DNA from: Anaeramoeba ignava BMAN
Taxonomy: Eukaryota; Protista; Anaeramoebae
Direction of reading: 5' to 3'
DNA length: 64,000 bases
Assembly (NCBI GenBank): GCA_028826165.1
Contig: JAPDFW010000103.1
Span: 186,001-250,000, forward strand
Of the stretch, positions 1 through 11,165 are shown in pieces. How positions within the stretch are numbered: position 1 is the stretch's first letter; every line of letters starts with the position of its first letter. The translations under genes and the position numbers were made by a program. The notes below the pieces were generated by a model that was not told the origin of the DNA, did not search any database, and was given only the letters and a program-made list of their open reading frames with translations.

Positions 1-356
1 TTATAATTGAAAGAAAAGAAAAACAATATAAATTTCCAAAATTAATATTAATAATGAGAAGTGAATTATATCGAGGAATGTTTTTATCTGTAACTGAAGA
101 TAAATCTAATAAAGTTACAGATTATAGTGAATTAAGTGATAAATCATTTCAAATAATTGAATATTGGATTTATTCAAATCAAATTAAAGATGATATCCAA
201 ATTACAAAAAGAATGATTAAATCAATTAAAAGAGGAATTGATTATTTTCAATTAAATCAAACAAATCCAAATTTATCTGATTTATTAATTAAGAAATTAA
301 ATAATCAAAATTATCAAGAATTTCAAATTAAATTACAAAATCAAAATCAAAATTAA
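1..356 (+). CDS. 3' end of RCC1-repeat/BTB protein, tandem copy A (truncated by window edge)
   Basis: ORF (RSELYRGMFLSV..DYSELS..IDYFQL) is near-identical to the C-termini of the two downstream RCC1-BTB copies. Confidence 0.9.
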   Translation, partial: IIERKEKQYKFPKLILIMRSELYRGMFLSVTEDKSNKVTDYSELSDKSFQIIEYWIYSNQIKDDIQITKRMIKSIKRGIDYFQLNQTNPNLSDLLIKKLNNQNYQEFQIKLQNQNQN

Positions 357-526
357 AATTCAAAATTAAAATTAAAATTAAAATTAAAATCAAAATCAAA
401 ATCAAAATTAAAATTAAAATTAAAATTAAAATTAAAATCAAAATCAAAATCAAAATTAAAATTAAAATTCAAAATTAAAATTAAAATTCCAAAATTCATT
501 TTTTTTCATTTTTTTTCTTTTCAAAA

Positions 527-2344
527 ATGAATGAAATTTTATTTTTTGGTTTAAATAAAAACCCAAAACTTATCAAAAATGAACCAAAAGAAATAATAAC
601 AAAACCAATTCAATTTAAATTTGAAAATGAAAATGAAAATGAAAATGAAAATGAAAATGAAAAACAAATTAAACAAATTTCAACAGGAAATTATTCAACA
701 ATTTTCCTTTTTGAAAATGGAAAAGCAATAGAATATTTACAAAATTCAAATCAAAATCCTTCAAAAATCCAAATTGAAGAAAATATTCAAAAAGTAACTG
801 TTGGCTATCGAAATGAAGCTATTTTAACAATAGAAGGAAATGTATTTGCCAAAGGATACGATATTAATCCAAATAATACAAAAGAATTTATCAATATTTC
901 ATCATTAATTGAAGATATAAATGATAGAATAATTCAAGATGTTGTTTCTGGATACGATTCAATTTATTTATTAACTTCAAATCAAAATCCTTATGGAATT
1001 GGTTCAAATCAAATTGGTCAACTTGGTTTTGATTCTAAAACACTTAAAAAAACAGAAAAACCAATTTTAATGATGAAAAATATTTCTAAAATATTTTCAG
1101 GAAATTCTTCAAATCATGTTTTTCTTTTAAATTCAAATCAAGAATTATTTGGATGCGGATATAATTATTATGGTCAACTTGGATTAGGAGAATCAAGAAA
1201 AGAAATAAAAATCGAAAAATTAACCAAAATCCAAAATATCCCAAAAGGTAAAATAATTGATATCAAATCTGGATATGCTTATTCAGTAATGTTGATTGAA
1301 AATCAAAATGAAAATGAAGATCCAAAAAGAAAACTTTATTCATGTGGCTATTATCATTATAATGGACTTGGCAAAAATGAAAATACTTATGAATTTACTG
1401 AAATAAAATCATCTTTATTTGAAAATGATGATAATATTCTTGATTTTTCTGTTGAAGAGGATCATACTTTGATTTTAACATCCAAATCAAAATTGATAGG
1501 ATTCGGAGATAATGCATATGGTCAATTAGGAACTGGAGATACAAATAATCAATTAATTCCAATTCAAATTGAACTTCCTGAATTAAGATCTAATGAAGAT
1601 ATTTCCAATTATCATGTTTATTGTGGATATAACAATTCATTTCTTTATTATTCTCCTCCTTCTTTTTCCAATCTTGAAGAAGATCTGATAAAATTATTTG
1701 AAAGAAAAGAATTTTGCAATATTTCATTTAAAACCAAAAATGGAGAAATAATTGAAGCTCATAAATTAATATTAAAATATAGATTAAATCAAAATCAAAA
1801 TCAAAATGAAAAACTTCAAGAAATTATTTCAAAAAAATCAATTAAAGAATCAAATCAAATATTTGAAATGATTTATTCAAACAGAATCCAAATAAATCCA
1901 AAATTATATTATGAAATTAAAGAAATTATAAATTTAAATGAAAAAATTGAAGAAACAATGAAAAGAATTTATTTAAATGAAAATGAAAAAGATTTTATTA
2001 TTGAAAGAAAAGAAAAACAATATAAATTTCCCAAATTAATATTAATAATGAGAAGTGAATTATATCGAGGAATGTTTTTATCTGTAACTGAAGATAAATC
2101 TAATAAAGTTACAGATTATAGTGAATTAAGTAATAAATCATTTCAAATATTTGAATATTGGATTTATTCAAATCAAATTAAAGATGAAATTCAAATTACA
2201 CAAGAAATTATTGATGAAATTAAAATTGGAATTGATTATTTTCAATTAAATCAAACATATCCAAATTTATTTGATTTATTAATTAACAAATTAAATAATC
2301 AAAATTATCAAGAATTTCAAATTAAATTACAAAATCAAAATTAA
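527..2344 (+). CDS. RCC1-repeat beta-propeller + tandem BTB/POZ protein (copy B), intronless, 605 aa
   Basis: RCC1 motifs GSNQIGQLG, GYNYYGQLG, GDNAYGQLGTG; BTB motifs IEAHKLIL and KLILIMRSELYRGMF. Confidence 0.9.
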   Translation: MNEILFFGLNKNPKLIKNEPKEIITKPIQFKFENENENENENENEKQIKQISTGNYSTIFLFENGKAIEYLQNSNQNPSKIQIEENIQKVTVGYRNEAILTIEGNVFAKGYDINPNNTKEFINISSLIEDINDRIIQDVVSGYDSIYLLTSNQNPYGIGSNQIGQLGFDSKTLKKTEKPILMMKNISKIFSGNSSNHVFLLNSNQELFGCGYNYYGQLGLGESRKEIKIEKLTKIQNIPKGKIIDIKSGYAYSVMLIENQNENEDPKRKLYSCGYYHYNGLGKNENTYEFTEIKSSLFENDDNILDFSVEEDHTLILTSKSKLIGFGDNAYGQLGTGDTNNQLIPIQIELPELRSNEDISNYHVYCGYNNSFLYYSPPSFSNLEEDLIKLFERKEFCNISFKTKNGEIIEAHKLILKYRLNQNQNQNEKLQEIISKKSIKESNQIFEMIYSNRIQINPKLYYEIKEIINLNEKIEETMKRIYLNENEKDFIIERKEKQYKFPKLILIMRSELYRGMFLSVTEDKSNKVTDYSELSNKSFQIFEYWIYSNQIKDEIQITQEIIDEIKIGIDYFQLNQTYPNLFDLLINKLNNQNYQEFQIKLQNQN

Positions 2345-2502
2345 AATCAAAATTAAAATTAAAATTAAAATCAAAATTAAAATTGAAGTATCGAATAAAA
2401 TTCCAAATTAAAACTAAAATTAAAATTCACAAGAACTAAAATCAAAAATAATTCCAAAAAAAATTTTTTTTTTAATTTTTTCATTTTTTTTTCTTTTCGA
2501 AA

Positions 2503-4279
2503 ATGAATGAAATTATATTTTTTGGTTTAAATGAATATCCAGAACTTATCAAAAATGAACCAGATATAATAACAAAACCAATTCGATTTAAATTTGAAAA
2601 TGAAAAACGAATTTCACCAAATTTTTTTACAATAACTTCCCTTTTTAAAAATGGAAAAGCAATAGAATATTTAAATGAAAATAATTCAAATCAAAATCCT
2701 GAAAAAATCCAAATTGAAAATATTCAAAAAGTAACTGTTGGAGGTGAAAATGAAGCTATTTTAACAAAAGAAGGAAATGTATTTGCCAAAGGGAGATATA
2801 TTAATTCAAAAGAATTTATCAATATTTCATCATTAATTCAAGATCCAAATGATAGAATAATTGAAGATATTGTTTCTGGATCTGGTTCAATTTACTTATT
2901 AACTTCAAATCAAAATGTTTATGGAATTGGTTCAAATTATTATGGTCAACTTGGTTTTGATTCTAACACCTTTAGACTCTTTAAAAAACCAGTTTTAATG
3001 ATGAGAAATGTTTCTAAAATATTTTCAGGAAATTCTTCAAATCATGTTTTTCTTTTAAATTCAAATCAAGAATTATTTGTATGTGGCGATAATAAATATG
3101 GCCAACTTGGATTACCAGAACAACTAATAAAAACATATATAATAATAATCCAAAAATTAACACAAATCCAAAATATTCCAAAAGGCAAAATAATTGATAT
3201 TCAATGTAGATATGGTTATTCAATAATGCTGATTGAAGATGAAATTCTAAATCACAAAAGAAGACTTTATTCATGTGGAATTGGATATAATGGACTTGGC
3301 AAAAATGAAAATACTTATGAATTTACTGAAATCAAATCATCTTTATTTGAAAATGATTATGATATTCTTGATTTTTCTGTTGGAAATAAACATACTTTGA
3401 TTTTAACAACAAATGGAAAAATGTTTGGATTTGGAAATAATGAATATGGTCAATTAGGAACTGGAGATACAGAATCTCATTCAATTCCAATTCAAATTGA
3501 ACTTCCTGAATTAAGATCTAATGAAGATATTTCCAATTATCATATTTATTGTGGAGGTTCCTGCTCATTTCTTTATTATCCTCCTCCTTCTTTTTCCAAT
3601 CTTGAAGAAGATTTGATAAAATTATTTAGAAGAAAAGAATTTTGCAATATTTCATTTAAAACAGAAAATGGAGAAATAATTGAAGCTCATAAATTAATAT
3701 TGAAATATAGGTTAAAAGATTATGAAAATCAAATTGAAAAACTTCAAGAAATTATTTCAAAATAAATCAATTAAAGAATCAAATCAAATATTTGAAATGA
3801 TTTATTCAAACAATTCCAATATAAATCCAATATTATATTCTGAAATTAAAGAAATTATAAATTTAAATGAAAAAATTGAAGAAACAATGAAAAGAATTTA
3901 TTTAAATGAAAATGAAAAAGATTTTATAATTGAAAGAAAAGAAAAACAATATAAATTCCCTAAATTAATATTAATAATGAGAAGTGAATTATATCGAGGA
4001 ATGTTTTTATCTGTAACAGAAGATAAATCTAATAAAGTTACAGATTATGGTGGGTTAAGTGATAAATCATTTCAAATAATTGAATATTGGATTTATTCAA
4101 ATCAAATTAAAGATGATATCCAAATTACAAAAAGAATGATTAAATCAATTAAAAGAGGAATTGATTATTTTCAATTAAATCAAACATATCCAAATTTATC
4201 TGATTTATTAATTAAGAAATTAAATAATCAAAATTATCAAGAATTTCAAATTAAATTACAAAATCAAAATCAAAATTAA
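2503..4279 (+). CDS. RCC1-repeat + BTB protein (copy C), with a 1-nt frameshift at ~3763 (assembly error or recent pseudogene)
   Basis: ORFs 2503-3765 and 3722-4279 together are colinear with copy B. B reads tca aaa aaa tca; C reads tca aaa taa atc a (one extra base). Confidence 0.85.
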
Positions 4280-5010
4280 AATTCAAAATTAAATTAAAAT
4301 TAAAATTCAAAATTAAAATTAAAATTAAAATTAAAATTAAAATTAAAATTAAAATTAAAATTAAAATTAAAATTAAAATTAAAATTAAAATTAAAATTAA
4401 AATTAAAATTAAAATCAAAATTAAAATCAAAATTAAAATTAAAATTAAAAATTAAATTAAAATTAAAATTCAAAATTAAAATTAAAATTAAAATTAAAAT
4501 TAAAATTCAAAATTAAATCAAAATTAAAATTCAAAATTAAAATCTAAATTAAAATTAAAATTAAAATCAAAATTAAAATCAAAATCTAAATTAAAATTAA
4601 AATTAAAATTAAAATTAAAATTAAAATTAAAATTAAAATTAAAATTAAAATCAAAATCTAAATTAAAATCAAAATCTAAATCAAAATCTAAATTAAAATT
4701 AAAATCGAAATTAAAATCGAAATTCAAATTAAAATCTAAATCGAAATTAAAATCAAAATCTAAATTAAAATCAAAATTAAAATTAAAATCTAAATTAAAA
4801 TCTAAATCAAAATTAAAATCAAAATTCAAAATCAAAATCTAAATTAAAATCAAAATTAAAATTAAAATCAAAATTAAAATTAAAATCTAAATTAAAATCA
4901 AAATCTAAATTAAAATTAAAATTAAAATTAAAATTCAAAATCAAAATCAAAATTAAAATTAAAAATAAAATTAAAATCAAAATCTAAACTAAAATTAAAA
5001 ATAAAATTCA
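4280..5010. repeat. Hexamer microsatellite (TAAAAT/CAAAAT/CTAAAT)n
   Basis: Directly visible 6-bp periodicity. Confidence 0.95.
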
Positions 5011-5204
5011 AAACAGGAAAAGATCAATTTTTTTGTTTTTAAAATAATTTTTTTTTAATAAAATTTGATCAACAAAAAATAATTAAAGAAAAAAGAAAAA
5101 AGAAAAAAGAAAAAAACGATCATTCATTATGAACAAATTTATTCAAAAAAAAAAATGAAAAATGAGTAAAAAAAAGAGTTTTTTAAAAAGAAAAAAGAAA
5201 AATA

Positions 5205-5591
5205 TCAAAAATCAGAAAGTTGTTTTATAACGAATTCATTATTTAAATAACCTTTCATTGACCCAAAACATTTTAAATGAAAATTTTGAATTACAATTTG
5301 TTTATCAGCTTTTTCTTGATTTCTCTCCATAAAAAATATATTTGAAATCAAAGGCGCATTTAAAAAATCTTGATTAAGAAAATAATTATCAATTTTATTT
5401 TGATTTTTATGATCTTCATTTAGTTCTTCTAACGGAATTTCTTTTGGTTGATCTATAAGTGGAATTTCTACTTGTGAATCGTTATTGTTTTTAAAAAATA
5501 AATTATTTGAAATTAGTTCTGTTTGATTTTCTGTTTCGTTTTCATTTTCTTGTTGTTGATTTTGATTTTTTGTTATTGAAAAATTGAACAT
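5205..5591 (-). CDS. Hypothetical protein, 128 aa
   Basis: ATG-initiated non-repetitive ORF, divergent from the SPF30-like gene; no family recognised. Confidence 0.55.
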   Translation of the reverse strand: MFNFSITKNQNQQQENENETENQTELISNNLFFKNNNDSQVEIPLIDQPKEIPLEELNEDHKNQNKIDNYFLNQDFLNAPLISNIFFMERNQEKADKQIVIQNFHLKCFGSMKGYLNNEFVIKQLSDF

Positions 5592-5835
5592 TTTTTAATT
5601 TAATTTTAATTTGATTTAATTTAATTTTAATTTGATTTAATTTAATTGTTAATTTTGTTATTATCAAAAATCCAAAAAAGCAAAAAAAAATAAAAAAAAA
5701 CAAATATAAAAGAGAAAAAAAAGAGAAAATTTAATTAATTAAAAACAAAAAAAGGAAAAAAAAAATTGATAAAAATGAAAAAATGAAAAATGAAAAATGA
5801 AAAATTAAAAATTATTTTTTTTTTCATTTTTTAAA

Positions 5836-8718
5836 ATGATAAAACAAAAAGAAAAAAATAAACTTCAAAAACCAATAACAATTCCATTTGCATTTCAATT
5901 ACAAAATGAAACTTTACTTGAAATAGATAGATTATTAAAAAATACACCAAATGATCAAGAATTACTTCAAATGAAAGAAAAAATATTACAAGCAATACAA
6001 TTAATACATCAAGCAAATGAAACAGAGGAACTTTATAAGGAAAAAATAGTGATAAATGAACATCCAACACTTTCTATAATTGAAATGATAAAAACAGAAA
6101 AATCAAAAGAAAAATCAAAAGAAAATTTAAATGAAAATTCAAATGAAAATTCAAATGAAAATTCAAATGAAAATTTGGATGAAGTTTTAGAAATTAAGGA
6201 AATTGTTCCTGGTTTTGTTTGTGAAGTTTTATATAAAGATGGAAATTGGTATAAATGCAATGTTATTAAAACAGATATTATTGATGAAAAAAAAGGAGTG
6301 ATTCAATCCAAAAATCTTGAACAAGAAAAAATCATGATAACAGTTGAATTATATGGATATGGTATTGAAACTATTGTTGCATTTAATAAATTGAGGAAGT
6401 TAGTTCTTCCTAATCCAAAAGATTTTTATGAAGGTTTGCATTGCCAAGCTATTTATAGTGGTGATGGTTTGTTTCATGATTGTATTGTTGAAAAAGTTAT
6501 TGATAATAAGGATTCCCAATCTTTAAATCCAAATTTAAATTCAAATTCAAATTCAAATTCAAATCAAAATCCAAATCAAAATTCAAATTCAAAATTCAAA
6601 TTCAAATTCAAATGATTTTTTATTTGTTGTTTCTTTTGTTGGTTATGATGATACTGAAGCCAAAAAATTAACTGAGTTGAGATTTGGATCTAGAAGAAAT
6701 TCACCACTTTTTATTAAAACAACTTCCAATCCAAAGGAAACTGAAGGTAAATATATTACTTTTATTACTTTTATTACTTTTATTAAAATTAAATTGATAT
6801 AAAATTGATATAAAATTGATATAAAATTGATATAAAATTGATATAAAATTAATATAAAATTAATATAAAATTAATATAAAATTAATATAAAATTAATATA
6901 AAATTAATATAAAATTGATTTAAAATTAATATAAAATTAATATAAAATTAATTTAAAATTGATTTAATATAAAATTGATATAAAATTGATTTAAATTTGA
7001 TTTAAAATTGATTTAAAATTGATTTAAAATTAATATAAAATTAATATAAAATTAATATAAAATTGATATAAAATTAATTTAAAATTAATATAAAATTGAT
7101 TTAAAATTGATTTAAAATTAATATAAAAATTGATATAAAATTAATATAAAATTAATTTAAAATTAATTTATAAAAATTAATATAAAATTAATATAAAATT
7201 AATATAAAATTAATATAAAATTAATATAAAATTAATATAAAATTAATATAAAATTAATATAAAATTAATATAAAATTAATTTTAAAATTGATTTAAAATT
7301 GATTTAAAATTGATTTAAAATTGATATAAAATTGATTTAAAATTGATATAAAATTAATATAAAAATTAATATTTAAAATTGATTTAAAATTAATATAAAA
7401 TTAATATAAAATTGATTTAAAATTGATATAAAATTAATATAAAATTAATATAAAATTGATTTAAAATTGATATAAAATTAATATAAAATTAATATAAAAT
7501 TGATTTAAAATTGATTTAAAATTAATATAAAATTGATTTAAAATTGATTTAAAATTGATTTAAAATTGATTTAAAATTGATTTAAAAATTTAAAATTGAT
7601 TTTAAAAATATAAAATTGATATAAAATTTATATAAAATTGATATAAAATTGATTTAAAATTGATTTAAAATTGATATAAAATTGATATAAAATTAATATA
7701 AAATTAATATAAAATTAATATAAAATTGATATAAAATTAATATAAAATTAATATAAAATTAATATAAAATTAATATAAAATTAATATAAAATTAATATAA
7801 AATTAATATAAAATTAATATATAAAATTGATTTAAAATTGATTTAAAATTGATATAAAATTAATATAAAATTGATATAAAATTAATATAAAATTAATATA
7901 AAATTAATATGTAAAATTAATATAAAATTAATATAAAATTAATATGATTTAAAATTAATTTAAAATTAATATAAAATTTGATTTAAAATTGATATAAAAT
8001 TAATATAAAATTGATATAAATTAATATAAAATTAATATAAAATTAATATAAAATTAATATAAAATTAATATAAAATTAATATAAAATTAATATAAAATTA
8101 ATATAAAATTAATATAAAATTAATATAAAATTAATATAAAATTAATATAAAATTAATATAAAATTAATATAAAATTAATTTAAAATTAATTTAAAATTAA
8201 TATAAAATTAATATAAATTTGATATAAAATTGATATAAAATTAATATAAAATTAATATAAAATTGATATAAAATTAATTTAAAATTAATATAAAATTAAT
8301 ATAAAATTGATTTAAAATTGATATAAAATTAATATAAAATTAATATAAAATTAATATAAAATTGATATAAAATTAATATAAAATTAATATAAAATTGATA
8401 TAAAATTGATATAAAATTAATATAAAATTGATTTAAAATTGATATAAAATTGATATAAAATTAATATAAAATTGATTTAAAATTAATTTAAAATTGTTTT
8501 TTTTGGATTATTTAGAAAAAAAGAAAAAAAATCCAGATAAAAAAAGAAATAAAAATGAAAAATCACAAGCTGCTTGGGAAAATTTTGCACATGCTCAAAG
8601 TAAAAAGAAAAGATCTGGATTTTTAACTCAAGTTGGAAAAGAAAGTATGTTTAGTCTTAAAAGTCAAAAAAAATCAATAACACCAATTAATCCAAAATCA
8701 AGACTTAAATTTGTTTAG
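5836..8718 (+). CDS. SMNDC1: SPF30/SMNDC1-like splicing factor with two Tudor-like domains; exons 5836-6746 and 8516-8718; frameshift at ~6590
   Basis: N-terminal LLEIDRLLKNTPNDQELLQMKEKI; Tudor CQAIYSGDGLFHDCIV...VSFVGYDDTE (second half in a shifted frame); C-terminal AAWENF..KESMFS; GT at 6747 and AG at 8515 join in frame. Confidence 0.8.
6790..8495. repeat. Intronic 11-bp minisatellite (AAAATT[A/G]AT[A/T]T)n
   Basis: Visible tandem array filling a 1769-nt intron. Confidence 0.95.
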
Positions 8719-8893
8719 AAGAAAAGAAGAAAGAAAGAAAGAAAAAAAAAAATTTTTTTTTTAAATAAAAAAAATAACGAATTTTAAAATAAAAAAAAAA
8801 ACATGAACTATAAAAAAGTTTTTTTTCACTTTTTTTTAAAATCATTTTTTTTCTTTTTCCTTTCTATTATTATAATAAAAAGAAAAATTACAA

Positions 8894-10979
8894 ATGACAG
8901 AAACAATAAAAGAAATACAAGAATTAATTAAAAAAAACAAAACACATGACTTAAAAAAAAAACTTGACAAATATAAAGAAATTGACACAAATGAAATTTT
9001 ACATTTTGCAGTTCAACAAGAAGAAATTGACAAAAAGACAGTGAAAACAATAATAAGCGCAGGAGCCAATGTCAACTTTCCTGACAAAAAAAACATAACG
9101 CCATTACATCATGCATGCAAAAACAGAAAAGGGGATCATTTAATAGAAATTCTTTTAGAAAGTGGAGCAAAGGCACAAGTTGGCGATTCATTTAACTCAA
9201 CGCCACTTCATTATCTTTGTACAAATCAACCGTCACTTGAAAATGTCAAATTATTATTAAAATCAAAAGCGCATGCTGATTCACAAAACATAAACAATTT
9301 AGCCCCTCTTCATCTTGCCTGTCAATATAACGCAGGTGTCAAAGTCATCAAGCACTTGATTAGTTTGTATCCCAAACAAAATTTTCAAAGCACAATTAAC
9401 CAATCAACGACAAGCAACTCAACGCCACTACATTTTGCTTGTTCAGCTGATCCCCCTGACATTGACGTTATTAAGTATCTAACTTCAAAAGGTGCCAATT
9501 TGCATTCTGTTAATTCAGACGGAAAAACCCCTTTTAGTATTCTTTGCGAAAAAGCAGATCTTAATTCAAAACTTCTTAAAGTTCTCATTTCTTCCGGTGC
9601 AAACATCAATGTCAAAGATTCACAGTCAAACACGCCTCTTCATTCCCTTTGCATAAAAGGTGCGCCCCAAAAGGTCATTCAATTACTTCTTGATTCCGGT
9701 GTGGATGTCAATGTCAAGAATAGCTTTGGCAACTCTCCTCTTCATGAGGCTTGTGTTCATTTTATTCGCAAAGATGTCATTCAAAGTCTCATTGATTCAG
9801 GTGCCAATGTCAAGTTGAAAAACAATTTCTTTGAAACACCTTTACATTTAGCTTGTCGTTTTGGCGCTTCTTTTGATGTTGTTAAACTTCTTGTTGATTC
9901 AAATGCTCCTCTTAATTACATTGACAAATCATTTTCAACTCCACTTCATGAAGCTTGCAAAAGAGAAAATTATGAAGATGTTATTAAGTATTTAATTGCT
10001 GCAAAAGGAGATTTGAACTATCGAGATGTTTGTTTAATTTTTTTATTTAATTTTTTATTTTTTATTTAATTTAATTTAATTTAATTTAATTTAGAAAGTA
10101 ATTTTTTTTTGAAAATATTTTTAAAAACTTAATCAATTCTTATTTTATTTAAAAATTAGAGTGTAAAAAAATTTAAATTAATTCATTTAAAAAAACTTAA
10201 ATTAATTCATTTAAAAAAACTTAAATTAATTCATTTAAAAAAATTTAAATTAATTCATTTAAAAAAAGTTAAAAAGACCAATCGATTATACTGATTCTCA
10301 AGAAATCCATAAATGGTTCTTATATTACAATAGCCTTTCTCAAGACTTTTTAACTCTTTTAGAAACAAAAACATTTACAGACACAGAAGTTATTTGCAAA
10401 AATGGAAAAATTCCAGCTCATAAACTAATCCTTAAACTAAGAACAAACGATAACTTATTTAAACTCCACGAAATGGCAAAAATTACACCTTTAAATGAAA
10501 TGGAAGTTTTCTTAAAATTTCTTTATTCAGGATTAATTGATGACCGCAATTACGAAAAAAACTCGCAAATTGTTAAGCAATTATCAAATAAACTTGGATA
10601 CGATTACAGAACAAAAAAAGGTCAACGCGGTCTTTTAAGAGATTTAAAAAAACTCTATTTGGATGATAAATCAAAAGATTTTGTTATTTCTTCAAATTCA
10701 AAAGAGATTAAAGTTCATAAAATTATTCTTATTGCTAGAAGTCAGTTATTTAAATCAATTTTTGAACAAGCAAAAAATGATCAAAAAGTGGAAGATAAAA
10801 GCAAAAAAAGTTTTGAAGTTGTTCAAGCTTTGATTCACTTTTTATATTTGGATGCTTTTGAATCAGATTTATCAACAAAAGCTCTTTCTGAATTAACTGA
10901 TGCTCATCTTTATTATAAACTTAATCAAAATAGTTGGTTTCCTTTTGCTTTACAAGTTCTTAAAGAATCCAAAAATTAA
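8894..10979 (+). CDS. Ankyrin-repeat (~10) + tandem BTB protein; exons 8894-10027, 10095-10097, 10160-10162, 10269-10979
   Basis: Repeated TPLHxAC motifs; last exon reads LKRPIDY...IPAHKLIL...KVHKIILIARSQLF; two 3-nt microexons restore RD-K-S-LKRP. Confidence 0.9.
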
Positions 10980-11165
10980 AAAAAAAAAAGATTTCTTTAT
11001 TTTTTTTTTAAAACAAAAGAAACTAAAAAAGAACAAAAGAAATTAAAAAAGAATCTTTATGAAAACGGAAATAATTTTCTTTTTAAAAAAAAAAAGCAAA
11101 ATAAAAGAAGAAGGAATTTTAATTTTGATTTTAATTTTGATTTTAATTTTAATTTTAATTTTGAT

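Noticed and set aside
3755-3770. Programmed frameshifting or stop-codon reassignment to explain broken ORFs (also 6590, 16360, 58540-58720)
   Set aside because: Breaks are single indels in A/T runs, and genes terminate normally at TAA/TGA/TAG; assembly error is more parsimonious
4524-4835. Low-complexity ORFs (FNFDF, IKLFIKL, ILILIL, YKFNYK, ITITIT), here and at 20219-21200, 35983, 38348-39426, 45825-46103, 48535-49487, 50189, 55116-55437, 55868, 58824 and 60006-60720
   Set aside because: Stop-free frames of microsatellites or antisense shadows of real genes
4280-5010. Telomere-like repeat
   Set aside because: Interstitial, degenerate, and the same hexamer occurs in many introns
5205-5591. 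Possible UMP1/POMP similarity
   Set aside because: Resemblance too weak to call without a profile search
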